The notes beneath the pieces were generated by a model. It saw only the letters and a program-made list of their open reading frames with translations. It searched no databases and was not told where the DNA came from. From contig CM074805.1 in the NCBI GenBank assembly GCA_037447605.1, positions 2,451,361-2,515,360 on the forward strand: DNA of 64,000 nucleotides. Direction: 5' to 3'. The position numbers were made by a program, and so were the translations under genes. Each line of letters begins with the position of its first letter. Position 1 is the stretch's first letter. Source of the stretch: Zygnema circumcarinatum SAG 698-1b (taxonomy: Eukaryota; Plantae; Zygnematophyceae). Positions 52,101 through 63,347 of this stretch are shown piece by piece.

Positions 52101-55100
52101 CCGGCTGGTCGAGGTCCTGCAGCTCAAAACGTCGGCAAAAGCACCCATTTCCATTATGCATGTCAAATTTTCAGCCACTTGAAACACCGAATAACTAGAA
52201 CGTGGAGCAATTTCTTGTGGAAAAAGAATTCGTTAAGTAGTATAGATTTGCAACAAAAAAAAATTGAAAGAGAAAAACCTTGAGAAGGGCAGCTCGATCG
52301 CCGAGAGAAAAAACAGCTGAGCGATTTTTCAGATCGCGAGACCGTGAGAAGAGTCCGGTGCCCCGACTGTCATCGACTCCGATGAGGTCATTCTTTGTCA
52401 CGATGTCAAGTTGCAGCTTTTCTAGTGCGAGAATGTATGTCCGGAAATGCAAACTGAGCACCTGCAGCTCGTTCCAAATGAGAATAACACCCTCTCTCCC
52501 TCAATAACTACAACCGGAACACATTGACAGTCCGAGTGGTCAATCTCCTTAGAAGGAGAGTTCACGAAATTGTATCTTGCAGGTTTGAAAGTGCCGGTTT
52601 TCCGATTTAGAAGAAGCAATCAAACAGCAGAGGAAAGCCTCGTTTGAAGTAACGTGTACCTTGTTCATCGTGTCTACGTACGCACCAGAGACTTCGGTAT
52701 AAAGCTCTTTCCCATGAGCTTTCAAAAATTCGGCTAAGTACCTAGTGACCAGATCGATGCACCCACATCCTCAACCATGGCTAGTAAGTAATAGGCTTTT
52801 GCTTTACATGTACACCAATTAGTAATTGGTATTAGTTATCAATTAGTGATAAGTACCATATAGAACTCGCACTCTTCGAAGGTTCTACCAGTACGATATG
52901 CATTCTATCAGGATTATGGACCTTGACAAGAACTTCAGCAGCTTGTTTGCTTGCGCACTGTTTCAGTGTATCACAAAGCACAAGTCCTCCCACACTTAAA
53001 AGGAAAGTCAAAGTTACCCACACTTCCCAAAAAAAGCAATGAAAACAATGTCAAAAGATGTCAATCATGGACTCACTTGTATTTGAGAAGCACATTTTGC
53101 TGCAGAATTTGGATGTTGGTTTTAGGTTTCCGAAGTGCCCACATCCTCTGCATGATGAAGTCCCGGGACTGTGCATGGACCACCAAATAGTTGAGGGCCC
53201 AAGCAACTATCAGTACTGCATACTGCCGTCGTGTAACATCATCTGATGCAGCAAGAAAGAGAACTGGCAGCCATTTACATACATCCGTTCAACTCCCCCA
53301 CCAGACAGTTGTTACTTTAGGCACTTCCATCACCTTTATTACAGGCGAGTTACGAGTCAAAATGAACTCAAGTATCAAACGTAGTCTGACGCACGCTATA
53401 CCTCCTATGACCAAATTCCGATTTTTTAATTAAGATCATCCACATTTGAATGAATGTGCCAAATGACTTTTCATGAGGATAGAGAAATGGTAAACAGCAA
53501 GCCCCTTTACCTTTGCTACTGCCTTCACTCGCAGCCGCTCCAACTCCGGCTGCACATCTCGCAAAGATGCGGAAGTGCGGGCGGAAGAGTTATCTGCAAC
53601 GAAAGTGAGTTTCTTGCTCAGCACTTCCAAAGCCTTCACGAATGAATCGTTTACCTGCAACCATCAAAACGGCAACAGAAAGTGGGCATGAAGTCAGCAT
53701 CACGGGTTGAACCAAACGCAGAAACCAACCAACCAACCACGCAGGAACGCTTGAATGGAAGGCAAGTGAGACACAAGAGAGCGAGCACATTAGCCAGCAA
53801 TTGCTAACAATTAAACCACCGCTTCTTGTGCTGCACTGAAGGGCACAATCAACGGAAGGAGAGCTTCGTGACTTAAACTCTCCTTAGAGAGGGTCTCACC
53901 TCACTCTCAACAATCACATGGATTAGGTCTGGAGGAACAACAATGTCTTCCAGAAATTTCCCCAACATGTTCTCCGCTGCCTGCAACCTCACTCCCGAAG
54001 ACCAAATCTGAGCTTTCCATGCTGCCTCCTTACAAAGAAAATGCGCAACAAGAAGAAATGGGCAACGGCTGAACCGTACACCAGCAAGCCAGATCTTCAT
54101 CACCTTGTTTGCACAACTTGGAGGCTCCCAACCTTAATGAAAAAGGAAACTACTGCACCAAAATCCCTACTGCTAACTATTGGAGATTCTGCTATTTCTC
54201 AGCACCAGTGCGTGTAGATGGCAATTATATCGTCCAGGAAAACAATTCAAATTCGTATCATCCACAGCTGAGTTTCCGTACTTCAAAAATCATGCTCATT
54301 TCTGGATAGTTTTACCCCACTGGTTTTAATGAGTCCTAATCCTATTCTACTCCATTGCCCACACCATAAGAGTATGCTTGTCAGAAGAACCTTTCGGTTA
54401 CGCAGCTTGACGCCCATCCCCAGAGATTTTTCTTGCAGACTTTTGATTTCTGCACTGATAGCCCCCAGATCCGCCTTCCAGCCCCACCCTCCTCTATCAC
54501 CCATCAGCATCTCGAACTCACGAGTTCATCATGTGCAAGCATCACCAAAACAGAGGCGTCCTAATCCAATAAAGGCTCCATCTATCAGCAACCTGAAACA
54601 AACGATTAAATTTACGAATGGTATTCCTTCTTGTAGTCCATGCATTGGCTATTCATGGATTCTGAAGCCCCTCAGCAAAAACTCTCTACCAGGAACTCTC
54701 ACAAGCTGCCTGATAATTGTAAAAAGTGTGTTTCCAATTACTCCAATGTAGAGGTAGGATGATTGCTATAGTCAATCATACTTCCATAACACGTCGTAGC
54801 CTCGTGGCATTCTAAAGCACGTTCAACGGAATCAAAGAGCATACTTTCCTCCTCATAAGGTTTTCCGGCAAACATGGCTCGCTTCCTATCTCTACAAATC
54901 CCAGAGAGAAGAAGCATATATAATTAAGTGAAGGCAAGGTATTGAAGGTGAACAGATCAGTATCCTTGATTTCTGATTCTCAGCTATATTCCATCGCTGT
55001 ATAGTGTGGTGCAAAGGAGGCGGCCAGCCCTTCAAGAGAAGGCATACCTGGAAGCCCCCAAGGAGAGCCTCCATCTGAGTGAGGGTAGAGTCGCATAATC

Positions 55101-57920
55101 TGATCTGGTCATGGAGGGAAACCAGATTGTCACTCTCTTTGATGTAATCCTGCAGGGTGAAAAAAGCAACCAGCGAATAGTTTAGCTTCTACCACGAACA
55201 GCAATGACTTCTGCGTCGATCGCAGCTTCACTTACTGGAAGAAATCAACATACTTTTGTAATCGAGATTCCAGAAAGAATATTCAAATGAATTCAAAATC
55301 TCCAGCTGCTGGACACACTCTTTGTAAACAATAAAGAAAGTTTTATTCTCATATCAAACCCCATTTGCATACTTGGTTTAGCCAAGCTCTCCCAGAGATT
55401 CTTTGTTTCACATGACACTCTGTTATCTAGCCATACAACTGTGAAGAGTATGTAAATTATTTAGCTGATCAAGAGTGACGGAACCTACATAATACCTCAG
55501 TTACCAAAGCGGGTGCTTTAAAAAACTAAGGAATGAAGATCTTCTGGGCGAGGAGCGAGAGCTAGAGGGCATCAAACAACATTCTGATACAGAAGACCAT
55601 GAAGTTGACCCCTCTGACATCTTATCCTCACCTGAATCGACTCCAATTCCACTTGACGCAGCTTCTCCTCCACATCTCGAGCAAATTCCCGCAGTTCGCT
55701 ACCCTGCCCTAGAATGCTGGCCACAACCTGCAGCCGTGTTGCTCGCCCCCCAAATCATCAGCAAAGAGGATAGTGCAGAAATGTAAAGCATACTGTTACT
55801 TTCCAGAAATAGTCTATTTATCAGCAGAGTTAATTTGCCTTGTCCAGAATTTCCCATCATATTTTAATGGAAAAAAATAAATGTAAGTGCTTCCTTCGAA
55901 CAGTTAGCTTAGCTTTTATACCACAGCAGGTAAGCTTCACTTGGCCTAGTAAAATACAGAACTCTTCTCTTACGTCCCAACACAAAAACCAGGCCCCTTC
56001 GACAGTGATGAACAATTTCAAGTCGCTTATTTAGTTCAGTCACCCCAACAAAAGGTGTGTGCGGATTCGAGGGTTCGTAAAAAATGTGCCACACTTGAAG
56101 TTAACTTTACAATGGTTGAGCTATCAACAGACGGGAACATACACTTGATAGGCATTGAGAAGCGCATCAATTTTTCCATCCCCTGTGGTTAGCTCTAATG
56201 CAAAACGGGAACTACGCCAACCTTTTGTATGCCTATGCCCGAAAAGCCTGTAAAAGGAGGAGGGTACCCCTTTTGAAAATTCTCAAAAATTGACACCATA
56301 AACGGTTAATTTACAGCCCCATCTGGCAGCATGCCCATGATAACCTTACGAGGTTCACACTGGAATAACTGCGTTACGCCATCCATACGATCTACTACAT
56401 CTGTGAATGCTCTGGGAAACGATTTTGTGGATAACTTGAATATTAGTTTAAAACTAAATTCATCCCTAGACGTGCCGCCACGAGCAATTTCTCCTCGAAC
56501 CACAACGACTGTCGCAAAATTACGGACCCTTGTGTCATTACGAATGACTGGTTGGCAATTTGTCAAGGCCAATACCGTACCGATTGGATTCTCTTGATAC
56601 GCAACTAGCTCCCCCCAGTGGAAGAACACTTGGCATTAACACTCAGCAAGTGCAACCTATACGAAGAAAATTTTATTGATGGAACAGAGAGGAGTAATTG
56701 TTGGTTCTTTAACCGTAAGGAAAGCTCAATCTAGGACGGCACTTTGCGTCCATCCATACTTTGTGGCTTTTGGTGCAGCGTAGATGAAGGCAGGATCTCG
56801 TCTCACGTGAGCCTTCTGTTCTAAATAGCTGCTATCCTTTAGTGTGCAGCACGCACAGGCCTCTTCAGGCCTGGCTAAAAAAATCTGCCTCATATGATGA
56901 GCATTAATCAGTAAAGTCATAAACAGGATAGGAAAGAGCTAATACTGATGCCTGATGCTTAACTGCGGGAAGGAAGATCGAACTTCACCTCTTGCTCTTG
57001 AAAATGCTGCAGCTCGTCCCGCAGGCCCTCCAGTGACACCTCGTCACTGCAATTCTCAAAAACAAAATCATTACTTGGACAAGCTCAGCTCAGTCCATAA
57101 TGCGTGAATTGACCGAGCGACATTCTGACAAACATCAATTGCATCAATTAAAAACTGCAAAAGAAAGACAGGCCAAAGTAAATATGAAAGGCGGACTTAC
57201 GATGCGACATCTTCTCCAAACGTTAAATCACCTCCGGTGACGTTTAAATTAGAGGCCACATCCCCTTTATGTCCAGGTATGCTTTCCTGAGTCACATAAC
57301 AATGTTCACAGAAGGGTACATATTGAGGTTTGCAATTTTTAAGTGCAAATCGTTCTCAACTCAAAGGACTGCATGCAGAAAGGGATTGGCTCCAGTTCCA
57401 TCATCGCTCTGCCAAGGGAGTAAGCCCATTCTGAACCGCTGTCAAGGCAGTAAGAGTGAAGAATCACGAAACCGTGATAAAAAAACGGTCAGTGATGAAA
57501 AAGATGTTTAATTTAATTGCTATAATTGCTATAATTTTAGAAGGTGCTTGTCCCCTCCACTCTCTTTGAAGACTAAATATAAAAGAAGACTTCATTTAAC
57601 ATGAATTTGGCAATTCGTCCGAAGAAAAACCATTCACCGTCCACCAAGGAACCCATTTAAAGAATGCTGTCAGCCGTGAGTGAGAAAATGAAGAAAATTG
57701 AAAATAGCCAGGAGAATATATGAGTTCTGGAGAAAATTTTTAGCTATACGTGGAAAATATTCTGTATAGTAAGCATGTGGAGGGCTACCTTGACTCCTTC
57801 TATGGCTCCAAAAAGCTTTTCGAGAGATGCTTGAGCAGTTTCTTCAGGTGATGCTTCGTTTTCCATTCCAGAAGGTTCGTTCGAGACATCGCTGACAGCA
57901 GCATTGCCGCCAGTTGTCAT
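49142..57920 (-). CDS. VPS52: Vacuolar protein sorting 52 (GARP/EARP complex subunit), about 20 exons
   Basis: Exons read GDLTFGEDVASDEVSLEGLRDEL, VVASILGQGSELREFARDVEEKLRQVELESIQDYIKESDNLVSLHDQI, ADLGAISAEIKSLQEKS, ALRKPKTNIQILQQNVLLKYK, KYPYEVLFRSLHKLLMDTATSEYLFC, WPRFKLVFDMHL..WEDDVHPHYVTRRYAEF, FLINNYDL, and SIPSIMYEIRKYSRNF*. The start codon at 57920 is the most likely one but is not certain. Confidence 0.95.
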
Positions 57921-58118
57921 AACTGATCTATCGCTTTAACGAAATGGGAAAAGGTCGGATCCAAACTTCAGGCGTTCGGGTTGCAAAGGGAACGAGTTGC
58001 AGAAATGAGACTCGTAAACTATTGAGCAAACTCACCAACGCAGCAAATCTACGGAAGCCCCTGAATTCAAAAGTAAGAAGAAAAAAGAGGCGACTTCTCT
58101 TCCAACAGTAAGATCCAG

Positions 58119-58127
58119 AAACCCTAA
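58119..58127. promoter_or_regulatory. Telo-box AAACCCTAA in the 5' region/first intron of VPS52
   Basis: Exact motif near the probable transcription start; telo-boxes are established cis-elements of plant housekeeping genes. Confidence 0.35.
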
Positions 58128-58303
58128 CTCTGAACCTCCCTCCTATGCACCGAGTCGCTCGCGCGGTGGCAGGCCCCGTTCCCAGCCAGGAGGGCAGGCT
58201 GCGGCTAACCCGTGTCGACCCGGTGCGATCCTCCTCCCCCTCCCGCTCGCGCTCTCTTCGGAGGAGAGAACGCATCCGGAACCCGCCATGGCCAATGGCG
58301 GTA

Positions 58304-58630
58304 GTATCGTATCGTATCGTATCGATATAATCGTCTGGAGCCGTTGGCACTTCCGTACGGTAGTCGTTAGGGAAAGCAGTCCGGTGCTGACCGTTAGCGT
58401 ATGTACCGTACAAATTTCCAACGATCAGTCAGCCAACCGACTACCGTTGGTTGCACAAAAAAGAAGGTAATTAATTGGTTAGTTCGTTCATTGGCTGGTT
58501 GATCGGTTGGTTCGACAGTCAGTTGGAGGTTGGTTGACTGGTCGATTGGTTGGCTCGTTAATTAGTTGGTTGGTCCATCGGTCGACAGTTATTCGTAGTT
58601 GGTTGATTGGTCGTTTAGTTGGTTGGTCAG
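58304..58630 (-). repeat. (GTATC)4 plus a degenerate GGTTGG/TTAGTTGG low-complexity array upstream of VPS52
   Basis: GTATC x4 at 58304-58323. Many GGTTGG, GATTGG and AGTTGG hexamers at about 58445-58630. Confidence 0.65.
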
Positions 58631-59184
58631 TGTTGCTCTGTTGGTCGATGATGCAGGTCTAGTTAAGTTCGGGGGTGTTTCGAATGCACATGTCCTATTC
58701 CGCTCAAGGAACTCGAATTTCTATATTTTTTTTCAATTTAAAAAAATTGATTCGATTACAAAGAAAATTCATTCACAATTCCTCTTTTCCTTTGGAAAAA
58801 AAAGATCTTTTCAAGAGAAATCTTCCGTCAACCCCATGTGCCTTGCAAAACCCATTTCCTTTAAAAAGATAAAAAAACAACATGATATCCCAGCTCTTCA
58901 GATCAAGCGATGAGGCCCACACATCAAAGCAAAAATGATCACAAAAGCCAAACCCGAGCAAAAGAAGAAGCACCAACGCCAAAGGAATTGATGCGGGTCT
59001 ACAAACAAGCTGCGCTCTCATTGCGCCTGCCGTCCCCCTAAAGCTGCTTCACCCACCCTCGAGCCACACCCTCCGAAGATATTGTCGATTGAGGACACTC
59101 CCAACAAGGCCTATTTTTTACAAGAAGCACTCTCAAAAATTTTAACTGCTGCTCAAACTTATCAGCAACAGCCTCTCTGCTTGC

Positions 59185-60137
59185 TCAGACCACTTCCTTG
59201 AGTGCAGGCATCATGCCATCGCCGCAGCCAGCCTTGATCGTTTGCACGGCCTCCTTGCACCGCTTTGCAAAGTCATGGCACCAGTCGCTTCGTTCTAAGG
59301 CCCTGGCCGCCTCCTTCCAGTTGTGCGTGCTCGTCTTTTCCAGAAAATCGGTGAGGTCAGTCCACGCCTTGGAGGAGTCCCACGTCGTCAGCGCCACATC
59401 CGCATACACTTTCTGGACATCGCAGCACCACTCGTCAAGGGCGCTTGCTCTCTCCGCAGCGCGATCGAGGGCCCTTTTGGAGGTCAAGAGAAGGAGAGTG
59501 TTGATTTGAAGCTGGTTCAAACACTGACTTCCCTCATACACCTGCGCCGCCACTCTCATCATGCAAAATAATATTCAGCAACGACAACGACTAGCCAGCA
59601 ACGAACAAACACGGTTATACACCGGGGCAGAAGCGGAGTTTATCGGTAAGCAGCGAGATGGGTGTCCGACCCCCCCTTTAATTTAACACTTTAATACACC
59701 GTCAATATAAAGAGTATCTTGGTACTCCAGCGTAAAATTTCCAAACTCCAAGGTTACAAAAAAGATGCAATTAAAATACTCATAACTTGCTTGCTTACCT
59801 TCGTATAGTCGAGCCCTAAAGTTCCTAGCTCCAGCTTTGCCTGCTCCTTATCATCATCCAGGTTGTAGCCTACACCGACTGCTCGAAACCCTCCGGAGCT
59901 GTTGTACACACAACTATGAGCACCCTCTTGCTTATGCAGATATTGAGAAGTTCGCGGAATGCAAAAGCTGCGGACAGTGCTCACCCCAATTTCTTTTTCC
60001 AGCTCTGTCAAAATCCCACCCACCCTATTCCAAGGCTTCTCTTCCCAAATCTTGCGCCCTTCAAGCCCTGCAAGAGAACTCAGCAGCACGGCAGCGACGA
60101 GCAACATGAGATGCAGAGTGACCCCACTCGAAGCCAT
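59185..60137 (-). CDS. Secreted T4-type (GH24-like) lysozyme homologue, 231 aa, 2 exons
   Basis: Exon 1 60137-59799 (gccATGg context, hydrophobic signal peptide, KQEGAHSCVYNSSGGFRAVGVGYNL) ends AAG|GTAAGC. Exon 2 59541-59185 follows CGCAG| in phase 0 and carries QKVYADVAL..FLEKTSTHNWKEAARALERSDWCHDFAKRCKEAVQTIKAG, matching the recalled T4-like C-terminal pattern (VLVDMAFNMG..AL...DW.EAA.EM..S.WA.QV..RA.RL...M..G). Confidence 0.8.
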
Positions 60138-60559
60138 GGCTGCCCCAGACCCCTCCTACCTGCTCGCTCGAAACAAGAAGGCACTCCACAACTATCGGCC
60201 TTCTTGCACAAGAGATTAAAAACGAGCGAGCAACAGGAAGAACGAGAGGGCGTGACTTCTCAAACGGAGATCCCAAGTGTGATTCCATGCAAGGCCCGTG
60301 TGCACAATCACGTGGCGGACAGGCAGAGAGCGACGTGTTTCTGCGCTGCTGCAGATCGGCGAGGCGAGGCGAGCATGCGCGTCCTCCAGTCCTCCTCGGG
60401 CCGCCGCCGCTCGGAAGCTCCGCCGCAAAGCCGCCGGCCCGCCGGCGCGGCCTCCCTCTTTCTTTTCTCGGAGCGGCCGTCGCCCTTTTGTGTCCCACAC
60501 CATGTCATGTGTGGCATCGAGGGTGTGGGCCACACTAGCTGCACCAATCCTTAATACTA

Positions 60560-60601
60560 GGGGGGGGGGGGGGGGGGNNNNNNNNNNGGGGGGGGGGGGG
60601 G
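60560..60601. other. Assembly gap (10 N) flanked by poly-G
   Basis: N at 60578-60587 between G runs of 18 and 14. Confidence 0.95.
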
Positions 60602-61653
60602 AGGGTTCATGGCTACTACTTGCAGATGTCTTTCATACGCAGTTACTCGTAAATTCATGCCAACAATTTCATATTCATACATACGTACTGTACTATAAGC
60701 TTCGCATGGCAATTGCGCCATTGGATTTTTTTCGAACAACAATCGGTGTGGGACAAGCAATATTGCACACTCACTAATCGAGTGCCCAACACATCGTTCT
60801 TGAACAAAAAGGAATTGAACACTTTGGAAAGCATCACTCTGCGTTCTGTTTGTGTTGTTGAGCGATTTTCGGTTGAATTGTTTCCTGTTCACCTGTAAGT
60901 ACTACAGAGGTTGGACCAACTGACAGTGATTGACGAGCACGTAAAAGGAAACTAGATAATTAGCCATCACTTCAAAAGGAGCAACGAGCCACCATTGGAC
61001 TCATCAGAACATATGGGTGAGTTTGGCAGCCAATGGCAGTCCAGATATGGCTCCTTTTACAATTCATAAAGAGCTATACTCCTTACTATTGATTATTGAA
61101 CAAATGGTAACAGTACATCGCTATTGACAATATCAATAGCCTTCCCACTCATCACAAGTACGCTTTCTGCTGCTATCCAAACCCTAACTAAAAAAGGATT
61201 CATAAGTAACACTGAAAACATGGTCAGTAGATTTGCCCTCAACTATGGTGACGGGCCTATCCCCCAACCTTGCAAACCTACAGAGAGAAAAAGGCTCTAT
61301 GCAATTGGCATCGCGAAACCCTAATACCCTCATCGCATGATGACTGGCAAAGGCCTGACCACCTCGAGCACAAGCTTTTGCCTCGTCACCCTTCACTTGC
61401 TTCAACAAACCACCAATAGCAAGTGGGACTTCAAGACGTCACCGAAGGAATATACACATGGCTGTTTGCCCCGGCTCTGCGTTCATTTTAACAGATTGAA
61501 TGTTATGAACTGAATGTGGTGCATATGAAAAGATTATTAACAAAAAAAAAAAAAGGGGCCGGGGGGGCGGGGGCGGGGACTGAATCGACTGCTGCCAGCG
61601 TCTCCCGTTCTTGGAGATTGGACCTCAGACAGTAACGGAGGTTCCATGCCACA

Positions 61654-63347
61654 TCAGGTCAGTTCGAGGAAGGTTGCGAGCACAAAATCCTGAAACCTCT
61701 TGGCATAGAGTTTGGGTGCAACTGCTGAAATCGACTTGCCATCATATTGCAATTTCTTTACATAATGCTCCATCCTTTTCCACTTGTCATATTCCTGAAG
61801 CGCAATACCGAGTGAAACACGGGGCGATCAGTGGGTCATAGCAGGCCTTCACAGTTCAGCAACAAAATGAGAACATTCACATACGTAACAATGACTAGGA
61901 ACATTTGCATATGCGAAATCCAAAATAGAAAAAAATTTATCACATCGCAATCAGTTCCCTGGAGAATGTCCAGAATTTTCTTTCTGTTATTTTGTTCTCC
62001 AGATCAAGATAAATCCCGACTGTGGAAATGCAACTCACCTGAAGGATATCAATAATCCCAAAGTACAGTACCACCTGATAAGCCTCCGCCAGTTCTGGAT
62101 CAGTTATGGGCTTTCGGTCCCTCCTGTCCAAACGAACAGCTGTTGCCTCCATCCCCTGCCCTAAAGTCCCTCTTGGTCTCTGAGACAATGGGTTGAATGT
62201 TTCTTCTTTACTCCTTTCAGAAGAAACCTGCCGTCAAACTCCAACAAGATAACTCAGTCCAGAGTAGACCTGATCAGCACAACAAAAAGCAGCAAATGAC
62301 ATACACGTGCTACGGTTTCATTTACTTTCGGCTCGTCCCGCATTCCTCATCCGGTATCCTAAGATGATTCCTGTTCTATTCTTATCTTACCAGCCCCTAC
62401 TAAATATATCGTACAGCAGAATCAACAGCCATCTACTCTATCACATATTCCAACAGAGTACCCGACCTTCCGATGCTGGACCTTGCGCCTACACACACAG
62501 CAAAGAAAGCTCACTTTTCCACCATTACACGTTGCAATGCAAGGACGAATCCATTTTCTCAGGGTTGACCATCCACTCTCACCATTTCTTCTCAAAACGA
62601 AATCATCACTATTCTTTAGTCAGCCAACTTTAGCGCAACCTAATGAACTCCGGGGGCAGCTCCGGGAAAAACCAAACATGAGAAGGAACACGAAACGTAC
62701 TGCTGCATCCCTCGCAACTTGTGTACTTGTCGGCCCATTTGAACTTTCGTCCACAGACGATCCAGCTTTGAGAATGCCTGAAAAAAAGAGCATTAAAAGA
62801 GTACAAATATAAACCGGCTGACCAGCAACCCAGAGGAGCTTGTCCTGTGCGGTTCGAAGTTCATTTGCATGGCCAGATTCCTAAGTTCGATAGAAAAAGT
62901 GAATGCAAACCGGCAGGCTCTCTCGTGCATCAAATGCGAATCAGATAGTGGGAGGCGGAATGGAACTGAGATAGGAGGAAGAGAGAAAAAGACGGATGAA
63001 GGAGAAGGAAAGCATTGAAGAGTGAAACCTGTTTGGTACTTTCTCCTTTCCCAAGTTAGACATCAAGAGTCCTTTGCAAACAAAGTAGAGAAAGTTCTTC
63101 CTCTTGATCTTCCTCAGCACCTCCATTTCACCATGTTTTATGCATAGCTCACTCCGAAAAACTTCTCTACTTACCGTCCTCTGTCACAGCAGGATTTAAC
63201 AAGCCCTTTTCCACCGACCCCGTTGGCCCATCCGAAATGAGGACCACAGGCGGCGGAGGTGGTTTGGCCTTGAAATGGAGCCCGAGCAGCAGGCTGTAGT
63301 CCATAATGCGCTGCTCCTCTAGGAATCGGCAATCCGCTACGATTTGG
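61654..63347 (-). CDS. Phosphatidylinositol-4-phosphate 5-kinase, 3' exons only (5' part outside the window or unrecognised)
   Basis: QIVADCRFLEEQRIMDYSLLLGLHF (exon from 63347), AYQVVLYFGIIDILQ, and final exon EYDKWKRMEHYVKKLQYDGKSISAVAPKLYAKRFQDFVLATFLELT* (stop 61654-61656): the PIPK MDYSL and DILQxY motifs plus the activation loop. Confidence 0.9.

Noticed and set aside
54745-54895. Open frame (DRKRAMFAGKPYEEES..) in a VPS52 intron
   Set aside because: Only about 50 codons, no recognisable homology, and the flanking VPS52 exons join directly without it.
60560-60601. Long poly-G tract as a G4 or telomere-like element
   Set aside because: It spans an N gap, so its length and structure are unresolved and probably reflect a sequencing or assembly problem.
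60061-60777. GC-rich Arg/Ala-rich ORFs upstream of the lysozyme gene
   Set aside because: Overlapping in several frames, as expected for a CpG-rich promoter or leader; the in-frame ORF 60216-60533 stops before the lysozyme ATG.
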